Shown in pieces: positions 20,880-30,814 of a DNA stretch of 63,024 nt. Both the position numbers and the translations under genes were made by a program. The notes below the pieces were generated by a model that was not told the DNA's origin, did no database searches, and was given only the letters and a program-made list of their open reading frames with translations. Position 1 is the first letter of the stretch, and each line of letters opens with the position of its first letter. Source of the stretch: Promethearchaeota archaeon Loki_b32. Lineage in GTDB: Archaea > Asgardarchaeota > Lokiarchaeia > Sigyniarchaeales > SOKP01. The DNA lies in the NCBI GenBank assembly GCA_005223125.1, contig NJBH01000021.1:1-63024 (forward strand), given 5' to 3'.

Positions 20880-22396
20880 ATGAGTTATAAATTGCCAGAT
20901 AACAAGGACCTTGATGCTATGGTAGGCATTGTGGGAAAAGAGTACGCTACAAATAACAAAGCGATTACTGCGTCTTACTTGGCGAAATCAGTAATGGGTT
21001 TAGAAATCAATTATCCAAAATCGGATAATGACTAAAGAGCCAAATCCCTGATATCGTCATTCGACCTAAATACGTTGAAGAGATTCGCAAAATCTTAATC
21101 TACTGTTCCGCGGAGAAGATTGCAGTAAGTCCCGTCTCTGGTGGATTGTCTGGTGGATTTTCATGCCCAACAATCAAACCTGGCGGAGTTCTCCTTGATT
21201 TAGGAAGAATGAAAAGAATCATTGAAATCGATGAAGAAAATCGATTCGCAATTGTAGAACCTGGAGTAACAATAGGAGAACTCTGGGCATATATGCATAA
21301 AAATCATCCTGATTGGGCACCACCAATACCAGATGGAGCTCCACCAGCCTCTACAGTTATGGGTGATGCTATTGATAGAGGATTTTCATTATACACTTCA
21401 AGTGTGGGGCCACAAGGAGACAATTTTATGTGTGCTGAAGTTGTGTTTCCAAATGGCGATGTTTTAAGGACTGGTTCTTGGGCATTACCAACTGCGAAAC
21501 CATTCTACAAATATGGACTTGGTCCTGATATATGGTCTTTTTTGATGGGCAGTCAAGGGACTATGGGAGTAATCACAAAAGTGGTGGTAAAGATTTATCC
21601 ACATCCCGAATTTAAAACAGTAGTTGTATGGGGTATGTCAAATCCTTATGACATGCAGAATTTAACATTGGAAATCCAAAAGCAAGAATTTGGGATTGCA
21701 CATAATACTGTTATGGTGCAAGGTGGGAATTACCCTTTAGTAATGACCCGATGGCCTAAAGATAAAGTTCCACATGATTATGAATTCTATGAGGAAATAG
21801 GTATTTCGAAATGGTGGATGAATTTTGAAATATGGTGTCAAACCGCTGAGGAACTTGATTATGTGGTCAATAGAATTGATAAGATGGCAAAGGATTATAA
21901 GAAGAATAGAGCTAAAGACCCCGATTCAATAAAATCTCAGGAACTCCATCCAAAACAAATCGCAAGTAGATTAAAAAAGCCAAATAAAATTGCAATACCT
22001 TATGGTTTCTGGGACGCTGGTTTCTTATTTATTACTTGGTATACTCCATGGCCAGAATGTGCCCATTTCTGTGAAATATATTGTAACGCAATGGAAAAAT
22101 ATGGTTTTCCACCCACGATGTGGGTTGCTTCAATTGAGCGTGCTAGACAAGCAATTTGTATGCCTATCATTTGCTTTGATAGCACAAAGACAGAAGAACT
22201 CGAAAGAGTACAAGATTTGAATAGAGAGACTACTGAATATGGTCTGAAACAAGGATGGTTGAATTATCGACCAGATCCATACATTCACATCCAAGCTTAT
22301 TACCAAGCGGGAATGTACTGGAAATACTTGCGCATGTTTAAAAAACTGGTTGATCCAAATGGAATTTTACATCCTGGGAGGCTTGCTCTTCCATAA
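20880..22396 (+). CDS. FAD-binding oxidoreductase (GlcD-like), 494 aa, spliced: join(20880..21005,21038..22396)
   Basis: Exon 1 MSYKLPDNKDLDAMVGIVGKEYATNNKAITASYLAKSVMGLE joins in frame to SQIPDIVIRPKYVEEIRKIL after removal of 32 nt; GSQGTMGVIT and DPNGILHPG motifs. Confidence 0.88.
21006..21037 (+). other. 32-nt BHB intron in an mRNA
   Basis: GGU-[UUAG]-AA^A-UC(A)AUUAUCC-loop-GGAUAAUGA-[CUAA]-AG^A-GCC: 4-bp helix, two 3-nt bulges, paired flanks; removal fixes both frameshift and stop. Confidence 0.85.
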
Positions 22397-22416
22397 ATAA
22401 AGGAGGTTAATAAAAA

Positions 22417-23841
22417 ATGGCTAAAACAGGAATGGAAAGATTAGAAGAGTTAAAAAAAGATATATATCGTTGTATTCATTGTAAAGCTTGTAAATTTGCT
22501 TATTCTGGTGAACCAAGTAGAGAGGGAATTGGTGAATGGAAAGGTAAAACGGATAGAACCTTTTTATATGAAGGAATGGTGGATGCTTGTCCAGCAGGTA
22601 TCGAATATGGATGGGAAGCTTTCTGGAATGCAGGTAAAATGTGGATTGCCCGATCAATTTTAAGTGGGGACTTAGAATTTAGTGATGAAGTTAGGGATGT
22701 CATTCTACCATGCATTACGTGTGGTCAATGTACAGCTCAATGTGATAATAAAATTCGTACTGTTGATATTATTGAATCTTTAAGAGCAGCATGTATAGAA
22801 TCTGGAGTGCCAATGATAGAAAAACATGAATTAGTAGACAAACTAGTGAAAGAGCGAAATAACCCATACGGTGGTGCTGCTGCTGATAGATTTAAATGGG
22901 CTAAAGATGCCGGCCTGGAGAAGTTTATCAATAATAAAGATGCGAAAATTGCATATTATGTAGGATGTACAGCAAGTTACCGTCAAATAGAGGTTGCTGT
23001 TTCGACTGCTAAGTTATTCGAGCTATTTGGTATGAATTTTACGATAGTTGAAGATGAGGTATGTTGTGGAAGTCCATTTTTCAGGATAGGAGCAGTTGAT
23101 ACCGCACAGGGATTAATGAGGAAAAATCTTGAAGCTTTCAAAGATATAGACATGGTATATTTCAGCTGTGCTGGGTGTTATAGAACGCTTACCATTGATT
23201 ACCCCAAATGGATGGCTGAAGACGAAGAACTTCCTTTTAAAACACAACATGCATTTGAACTAGTAGCAAGGTTAGTCCAACAAGAGAAAATCAAATTCAA
23301 ACTAAATAAGGAATTAAAAGGAAAGGTGGTTACCTATCATGATCCCTGTCATACTGGTAGACATTTTGCAGTTGATATGGAACAAGATATAATCGCGAAA
23401 TCTAAGAATCTTTTGATGGACAGTCGAAAAATTAAAAGAGCAATTGATGAATGGTATGAGGTCCCACGTATTATTCTTAGAAAACTTGAAGAAGACGTAG
23501 GGATAGTATTCAAAGAGATGTATCGAATAAAAATTGATAGCATGTGTTGCGGGGCTGGTGGAGGTGTAAGAGCAGGATATCCTGAATTTTCTCTCAGAAC
23601 CGCAAGTCTTCGATGTGATGAAGCGAATGCAGTAGGTGCGGATATTCTAACAACCGAATGCCCATTTTGCTGGAGGAATTTATCCGATGCAAATGATATG
23701 TACAATCACGGTATGAAAGTTTTAGGAATTCTTCAGATGATCACAGAATATAATCTTTTGGAGATTTTAGAAAAGCCTAACGAGAAAGATTTCTTAACAC
23801 CATCTATTAGAGAAAATATGGAAGAGAAACCTAATAAATGA
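22417..23841 (+). CDS. Fe-S oxidoreductase (GlcF/HdrD-like)
   Basis: CIHCKAC...CP and CITCGQC...C ferredoxin motifs, two CCG domains (VCCGSP, MCCGAGGG), YHDPCH; GGAGG SD upstream. Confidence 0.9.
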   Translation: MAKTGMERLEELKKDIYRCIHCKACKFAYSGEPSREGIGEWKGKTDRTFLYEGMVDACPAGIEYGWEAFWNAGKMWIARSILSGDLEFSDEVRDVILPCITCGQCTAQCDNKIRTVDIIESLRAACIESGVPMIEKHELVDKLVKERNNPYGGAAADRFKWAKDAGLEKFINNKDAKIAYYVGCTASYRQIEVAVSTAKLFELFGMNFTIVEDEVCCGSPFFRIGAVDTAQGLMRKNLEAFKDIDMVYFSCAGCYRTLTIDYPKWMAEDEELPFKTQHAFELVARLVQQEKIKFKLNKELKGKVVTYHDPCHTGRHFAVDMEQDIIAKSKNLLMDSRKIKRAIDEWYEVPRIILRKLEEDVGIVFKEMYRIKIDSMCCGAGGGVRAGYPEFSLRTASLRCDEANAVGADILTTECPFCWRNLSDANDMYNHGMKVLGILQMITEYNLLEILEKPNEKDFLTPSIRENMEEKPNK

Positions 23842-24020
23842 GCAATGGCTCATTAAAATCTTATTTCTTTTTTTAAATTATCTAGAACTCAGGAATTTTA
23901 TTTTTTTGGTATTAAATAATCTTTAACATAGAAATGTTTTCAAATTGAGATATCACATTTAAAAATTAAATAATCTTAATGTTAATTTAGATAGTTTTAT
24001 TTTCTTGAGAGTGAAATTTC

Positions 24021-24891
24021 ATGGACCGTAAAAAATTAATACCAATTATAGCAGCAGGAATTATTGTGATACTGGTAATCGCCTTAATTGTAATATTTAT
24101 TCCACCCGGGGTAAAACCAACACCAGATACTCGGAAAGCAATCATACTCAGCAGTGCAAATGATTATTATAGAAGAGATGGGGAACCTGATTTTAATGAT
24201 GGAGAAGATGCGATATTTGATAGTGAACCTTTCCCTCCCAAGTGGATGGAAAATTACAGAAATAATAGTTATGGAGGAATTGATTCCTCTATACCGGTCA
24301 TGAGACTCCTGGAGTTATACAATTAATTGTATATAGTCCTGCTAATCCCAAATATGTTAATGCGGAGTTCGTATATAATTGGACAAAGTATTATCCATTA
24401 CTTAAATTTGCAGCATATAATCTTTCTGCTTGGGTTAATATAACAACTAATGCTTGGGCGCCTACTACAATAGTACCTCCAGGAACAGGGGCAAGAATAG
24501 GATTACGTTGGTTAAATTCTACTAATGATATTTTAAGAGAAGATTGGTCAATGGGTTTATTTAATACCTTTACAGGTTGGACTTTTCTAAATGTAACAGC
24601 CATAGCTGATAATTCCTCTCTAACCGAAATAACTCAATTACATTTAGTTTTAGCAGTTGAAGGTAATATGACTGGCACTGATATGGTACTTTTTGATGAT
24701 ATTCGAGTAGAAAGATGGTTCCCACCTCCAATTCCTATCCCAATTCCAAGTAATACAGATGCTGATGGCTTTCCTGCCCAAGCACTCCAGGTTTATTGGG
24801 TTTTAAAAAATCATATCTAGCACCTCTAATTCAAGATAATCTAGGTATAAAGGATACTTGGAGCTTCAATAACAGCAATCCACAATTATAA
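24021..24891 (+). pseudogene. Degraded membrane-anchored protein, possibly caspase/C13-peptidase-like
   Basis: One-base frameshift near 24297 links ORFs 24021 and 24551; after VYWVLKNH the sequence jumps to a C-terminal APLIQDNLGIKDTWSF...*. Confidence 0.6.
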
Positions 24892-25034
24892 TTAATTTTT
24901 ATTTTACATTTCTATATATTATTCTGGCAGTTCTTTTAAAAGAATTTTTTAAATATTAGTAAGTTTCTTGTAGTGGAGGATTTTTTAAACATTTATGGAT
25001 GGTATTACTTAAAATTTAAATTAATATTAGTCTT

Positions 25035-25392
25035 ATGTCCGATCATAGCTCGAATAAAGAGATTGCTGACGGGAATGTTACATTTCATTTCGAAGTAGAG
25101 GATAGTTATATCTCTGAAACAGAATTCTATTATAATAACCTCAACAACAGATGTTTTTGCATGGTTCTGGCGTGATAATAATAATGGAGATGGATTTGCG
25201 GGATCATGGTTCTTTCATCAATTTTGGAAGCAATTAAATCAGAGTCACACAATAGGAGACGCTTTCAATTTGGCAAGTAATTTCATTCCAGCAGGTCAGG
25301 TCAAATCTATATTTGAAATTCAATCTCCATTAATTCAAGATAATTTAGGAACTAAAGATGTTTGGAGTTTTACCAGTAATCCTCCGTTATAA
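25035..25392 (+). pseudogene. Second paralogous C-terminal remnant of the same family
   Basis: MSDHSS...SYISETEF, frame change, then FAGSWFFHQFW...IGDAF...QSPLIQDNLGTKDVWSF*. Confidence 0.6.
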
Positions 25393-25542
25393 ATCCTTTT
25401 CTTTTGGAATTATGGATTTTTAATATAGCATTGATAATTTCATTTTAATTGAGATTTCTGAACAAATGCAGTTATCTTCACTTAAATTTATATTACAATT
25501 ACAATTAATTCTAATTTAATACAACAATGACAAAAGATCATA

Positions 25543-26178
25543 ATGAAAAGAGTGTTGAAGAAGAATAATAAAAGGAATCTTCTTAAGCCAATTATCTTTA
25601 TAACACTATTTTTAGCAATTATATCTTTTCAGATTTTCAATTATTTAGGGAATCTAAACGAGAATCAAAACAACTACTTTAATAACGAAGATCTATTGAT
25701 CGCTCAAGACACTACAGCACCAATTATTATTTTTCTCCAACCACTTGTAAACAATACAATAATAAAACCTACCACATACACCATAAAAGCGAATATAAGT
25801 GATGATAACCCTCCATTGTATGGGAATGTTACACTACAAATGTCAAATCATACAGCCTTCTTATTCAATGTTACAATGGAGTATGATGGTGAAAATCTAT
25901 GGAGCTTTAAATGGGATAATATAAGCTCTTATTCTAACCTAGATGTATATATAATTCAGGTGTGGGCTAAGGATTCTTCCCCAGATGAAAATCAAGGTAA
26001 ATCGAATGAATTTTATATATATTTAAGTATTATAACTGATGCTCCAGGGATATTAACTATACTTCTTTATGTTTTCGCTGTTTCGATAATTTTTGCAGGA
26101 GTAATTGTATGTTTAAATAAAAAATTGATGCCTAAATCATTAAGAAAAAAAAGAGGGAAAGAATTAAAGGTGTTTTAA
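25543..26178 (+). CDS. Bitopic membrane protein with Ig-like domain
   Basis: N- and C-terminal TM helices; DTTAPIIIF...YIIQVWAKD beta-sandwich pattern. Confidence 0.7.
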   Translation: MKRVLKKNNKRNLLKPIIFITLFLAIISFQIFNYLGNLNENQNNYFNNEDLLIAQDTTAPIIIFLQPLVNNTIIKPTTYTIKANISDDNPPLYGNVTLQMSNHTAFLFNVTMEYDGENLWSFKWDNISSYSNLDVYIIQVWAKDSSPDENQGKSNEFYIYLSIITDAPGILTILLYVFAVSIIFAGVIVCLNKKLMPKSLRKKRGKELKVF

Positions 26179-26376
26179 AAGACTAGGAACCTTATTTTCA
26201 CTGGCTCTTATTTTGAACAAATATCAATAAATAAAAGGATAGTAATTAAACTTGTTGATGTTAACCCTTATATTAGAAAGTTCAATGAATCCCATATTTT
26301 CGATTCCAAAAAAATAAATGTATATATTTTCATTAATTACAAAAAATAAAATTAACTTCTTCGGGGATTTTTTACA

Positions 26377-29300
26377 TTGAGTAATGTGGAAAAGAAATTT
26401 GCTTATCCTTATATTACTAAATTTAAAAAGGAGCCATTTAAATCATTTACAAATATCAAAAGAAGAAAGATTCGAAACTATTATTATAGTGAATATAGTA
26501 AATTAGTTGAATTCTATCAACATTTTAATCACATCCTAGTAAATGATTTTAACCTCAATCTAGAGAATATTTTTTGGCTTATTTTACTAAGGAAATACCT
26601 CAAAGAAGAAAAGAGAAAAAATAGAGATGATATATTTAATTTCATTAAGAAGTGTGAAATTCGACAACATGATCAAATAGGATTCAAAAATACACCACTT
26701 TCTGAAAAAAAACCTGATATTTGTTCTACTTATTTTGCGTTATCCAGCTTAAAAAATCTAGGTCTTCTAAATGAATATCTAATTTCCGAAGGCCGGACTC
26801 AAGTAAAAGAACAAATAAAAAATTTCATGTTATCATTAATAAAGAATCACAGATTTTTACACTGTCAAGATAAGGAATGTGAGATTTGTAAAAGCATCTC
26901 ATCTACAAGATTGTTATTTTATGTCTTGGAAATTTTCACAATCCTCGGAGTTGATGTTCGTGTCAATAGGGATCAATTCCGCTCTTATGTGGATGAAAAA
27001 AAAAGAGATTCTTCTTTAATTTTTAGATTACTTTGTCTTAAATATTTAGATCTGGACTTAGAAGTAAAAGATAAAGAAATTCAATTGATTCAACAGCTTC
27101 AGAAGGAAAGTGGCGACTATAGTTTTGATCAGAGTGAAAATATTGATATCACTTTTTGGTCGGTTTATAGTCTTGAATTACATTCATGGCTATTGGATTA
27201 TAATCCTGCAGGAATCTATTCTTTTATTAATCGAAAATTAAAAGAAATCTTAATAACTCAAGATAATTGGAATCCTAGTTTATTAAATGAAACTTCAAAA
27301 TTAATCATTCTTTTATCCATTGTCTGGAAGAAGTTCATTGGAGAAATCGAAAGAGTGTTATTTAAGCATTTAGAAAGAGATAAATATATAGATATGAATC
27401 AGTTAAAGTCAACCTTTGGTTTAGCAGATAACATTGAGGAACTGGTTTTATATATTAACCTAAATTATAATTTTAAATTAAAGATTATAGATAATGAGAT
27501 TGAATTCAAGAATTATATTAATAATTTTAGTCAGGGTAAGAAAGAATTCTTTCAAAATTTCTATGATAAACTCAATAATAATAGTATCGTTTCTCTTTCT
27601 GATCTTTTTAAAAGATATAAAACACATGATCTAGAACCATTAAAATTGAAGGAAGAAGTTTTCCCAATAATCCGTGATATGGTTGAAAAAAGATTTTTTA
27701 TAGGTAACATTAGAACTAAGAAGGTTTTTTTTGGATTTAAAACAAGATATTTATTTTATTTAAAATTCTTATTAAAGAAAATAATTACAAGTGATGTAGA
27801 TTTAAATACGGAAAGTCTATATAAAGAAAAAGAAAAGTTGGATGATATTAAGAATGATATTTACAATATGACTTTAAAATTAAAAAATGTATCTTCTCAA
27901 ATACGAGAAGAAATAGAAAGCTATCTTTTAATTAATGAGGTTGATTATGCCAGGGCACGCTTAAAATTTATTCTACGCGATGCTTTAATGGAAGCCGATT
28001 TTTTAAATGAAAATATTGAGAGCTCTTTTAATGAAGTTCTTAAATATGTTAACATTCAAGCGAGTTTAGGTTCAGAGATTTCTCAATGGAAAAAAGCGTA
28101 TTCTATATTACAAAAAAGATTAATAGAAGTTGAATCATATCTCAAAGGAAAAATTCAAGAAAAGGAGGAATTAAGAAATTTAAATAGCTTATTAGAAAAT
28201 CTAAAAGAAAAAATTAATATCATAGAAGAAGATTTAATTAAAAAGTTAGATTCGTTCAGAAAAGATTTTACTGAAAACCTTGAAAAAGGATTTAATAACG
28301 AAATATTAGATCTCATTATTCAAAGTTTAGATAGACTTTCTCAGAATATAAGAAAGTATGACCACGTAATTTATAGTGTCTCTCAAAAGATTACTGTTAA
28401 AGAAAAAAAAATTGTTAAGAAGCACAAGAAAATAATAGATAATTGGATAAGAGTTAAAGAACAGTTTGATATCGAATTTAATTTTTATACCGATGGTTTC
28501 CAATTTTTTAACATTAACTTACAAAAAATTGACGAAATCAATGAGCGAATAAAATCGGATATAACAGAAATTGGAGTGAGAGCTAAAAGTAAAATAAAGG
28601 AGAATAAATTTCAGGAAGCATTCAATTTTACCAAAAGAGAATATGATCTTTTAATGAAAGATAGATTAACTGAAATTAAAGAACTTCAATCAATTACAAA
28701 ACATGAAATAAAAAAGAAGCAGAAACTCTATTTACTTTATCGTCACTTGCAAGAGAAGTTAAAGCATTTAGAAACTGAATTAATTGAATTAATAGCTAAT
28801 CAAGTAAAAACTTTAAAAAACTATATTATAGAAGAAAGAAATAAATCCAAAATAGAAGATTTTGATAATTTTATTTCACAAGAAAGTGTAAAATTAAAAT
28901 CTCAATTAAATCTGATCAAAAGAAATTTTGATCAATCTGATAGGTTAAAAATAGATTATGTTATTAAAGAATTTGATAATGTCCAGACTAATTTTAACAA
29001 AGTAGATAAATTGTATTCGAAAAAATTATATGATTGTAGTCGAAATATTGAGAATTTTAAGGAAAAGTCAGAATTAAGTATCATCCAATGGGAAAAATTC
29101 AAAGATTTTTTTAGCAACGAAATATCAGTTTTAAAAGATGATTATGTCAATAAAATTATTTCAAATAAAATTAACTTAATGGCAATTGAGAATAAAACAA
29201 ATGTTATTAAATTAGCTGATTTAAAGGATGAAGTAAATCTATCGTGCAAAGTTATTATAAATAGATTAAAAGAAATGATAGATATTTCAAAAATTAATGC

Positions 29301-30786
29301 AGAACTTAATGAAGAGGAAAAATTTATTTTGGTATATACAGAATACTATTATTTAAATAAAGAAATTAAGAACTATATTGATAATCAACTATTAAAATTA
29401 AACAGAGAGAGAATTGGTAAAATTTTAGCTTTATATGATTCAAGCATAAGGAATAGAACCTTAAATGTAAATATGTTAGAGCTTCAAAACAGAATTAATG
29501 AATTAAGAATTTTTGATGATTATTTCCCAAACCAATTCTATGAAAAAGTTAAAGAACTACGAATTAATCAAGAGAGAGAAGAATTCCTTGAAACCAAAAA
29601 ACGATTTGAGTCAATTTTAGAAAATGAGAGAACTGCAATAAATAATATAAAAAACAACTTGAGTTTGTTTAATAAAAAGCAAACCTTTATCGAAAAGCAA
29701 TTTACTACCCTGAATGTTAAATTAAGAGAATATGCTAATAAAGTTTTCACAAAAGTTGAAGGTTATGATAATTATATAAAAATTCAAGAGATATTTGAGA
29801 GTAAGAAACTAGAATTAAAGGATAATTTGAAAAAAGCTCAAGATAAAATTGATATGCAAATAAATTCAATTATGGAGGCAACACCAGATTCAAATAAGTT
29901 AATTCCTGAAATCAGAGAATCATATGTGAGAATAAAAAACTCTTTTACAAATGAATATGAAAATAAAATAAAAAAAATTAATGATCAGATTATTGTATTG
30001 AAGAATGAATCATTTCGCGAACAAATACTTAATATCATTAATGATACTAAAATACATTTGAGCCAATTACTTGGTAATTTAGAAAGAAAAGTAGAAGACA
30101 ACATTGAAATCAAAGAATTCAAGAAAATTAATATACTAATTCAAAGAAGAGCAAAAAGTATTGAATTGGAAACAAAGGAAGTTAAAAAACACATCTATGC
30201 CAAGTTTAAAAATTTTTCTAAAGAATCGAAAAATTTTAAACAAATATCAAAATTTATAATGGATGATTTTGATAAATTTATCGACGAATATTCAGAGATT
30301 TTAAATGAAAAAGTAAAAGCTTTGGAACGATTAATATTAAAATCATATATTGATATGACAATAAAGGCTGTAGCGAATGAATACTTGACAATTGGTTTTT
30401 TAAACAATGAATTGAAAATAAAAAAACAAAATATTCAAGATCATTTATTTTTCTTGATTAGTTCAGGAGAATTAAAAGGAAAGTTTGATCCTCGAATTTC
30501 CATATATTTCGAAAACCCAGAAATCTTAGATGAATTAGATGTAGCTGAATTAGAAGTAATAAAAAGTACTAACTATAAAGTAAATATGATGTTGCGCCAC
30601 ATAAAAAATTTAGCCAGTCAATATGGTAGTGTAATCGCTTTTTTTGCATCAATTATAACTATCTCGTATTATTTATTCCTTTTTAGTGGAAATAACCCTA
30701 CTGTAATTGCCATCCCTATAATTATTGCGATCCTTATTTTAGTGTTTTACGTTTTGAGAAAAGAAAAAGAGGACCAAGTTAAATGA
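26377..30786 (+). CDS. 1469-aa protein with prenyltransferase-like repeats, long coiled coil, PCI-like winged helices and 2 C-terminal TM helices
   Basis: PDICSTYFALSSL and LQKESGDYSF repeats; K/E heptads; LISSGELKGKFD; hydrophobic C-terminus. Confidence 0.7.
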   Translation: MSNVEKKFAYPYITKFKKEPFKSFTNIKRRKIRNYYYSEYSKLVEFYQHFNHILVNDFNLNLENIFWLILLRKYLKEEKRKNRDDIFNFIKKCEIRQHDQIGFKNTPLSEKKPDICSTYFALSSLKNLGLLNEYLISEGRTQVKEQIKNFMLSLIKNHRFLHCQDKECEICKSISSTRLLFYVLEIFTILGVDVRVNRDQFRSYVDEKKRDSSLIFRLLCLKYLDLDLEVKDKEIQLIQQLQKESGDYSFDQSENIDITFWSVYSLELHSWLLDYNPAGIYSFINRKLKEILITQDNWNPSLLNETSKLIILLSIVWKKFIGEIERVLFKHLERDKYIDMNQLKSTFGLADNIEELVLYINLNYNFKLKIIDNEIEFKNYINNFSQGKKEFFQNFYDKLNNNSIVSLSDLFKRYKTHDLEPLKLKEEVFPIIRDMVEKRFFIGNIRTKKVFFGFKTRYLFYLKFLLKKIITSDVDLNTESLYKEKEKLDDIKNDIYNMTLKLKNVSSQIREEIESYLLINEVDYARARLKFILRDALMEADFLNENIESSFNEVLKYVNIQASLGSEISQWKKAYSILQKRLIEVESYLKGKIQEKEELRNLNSLLENLKEKINIIEEDLIKKLDSFRKDFTENLEKGFNNEILDLIIQSLDRLSQNIRKYDHVIYSVSQKITVKEKKIVKKHKKIIDNWIRVKEQFDIEFNFYTDGFQFFNINLQKIDEINERIKSDITEIGVRAKSKIKENKFQEAFNFTKREYDLLMKDRLTEIKELQSITKHEIKKKQKLYLLYRHLQEKLKHLETELIELIANQVKTLKNYIIEERNKSKIEDFDNFISQESVKLKSQLNLIKRNFDQSDRLKIDYVIKEFDNVQTNFNKVDKLYSKKLYDCSRNIENFKEKSELSIIQWEKFKDFFSNEISVLKDDYVNKIISNKINLMAIENKTNVIKLADLKDEVNLSCKVIINRLKEMIDISKINAELNEEEKFILVYTEYYYLNKEIKNYIDNQLLKLNRERIGKILALYDSSIRNRTLNVNMLELQNRINELRIFDDYFPNQFYEKVKELRINQEREEFLETKKRFESILENERTAINNIKNNLSLFNKKQTFIEKQFTTLNVKLREYANKVFTKVEGYDNYIKIQEIFESKKLELKDNLKKAQDKIDMQINSIMEATPDSNKLIPEIRESYVRIKNSFTNEYENKIKKINDQIIVLKNESFREQILNIINDTKIHLSQLLGNLERKVEDNIEIKEFKKINILIQRRAKSIELETKEVKKHIYAKFKNFSKESKNFKQISKFIMDDFDKFIDEYSEILNEKVKALERLILKSYIDMTIKAVANEYLTIGFLNNELKIKKQNIQDHLFFLISSGELKGKFDPRISIYFENPEILDELDVAELEVIKSTNYKVNMMLRHIKNLASQYGSVIAFFASIITISYYLFLFSGNNPTVIAIPIIIAILILVFYVLRKEKEDQVK

Positions 30787-30814
30787 CGATTGATTTTGAT
30801 TTTCATTGTATAAA

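Noticed and set aside
24262-24300. BHB-like fold (AUAG/CUAU) near the frameshift in the 24021 gene
   Set aside because: Predicted excision is 24 nt and would not fix the frame; flanking pairs are poor and the gene has other lesions
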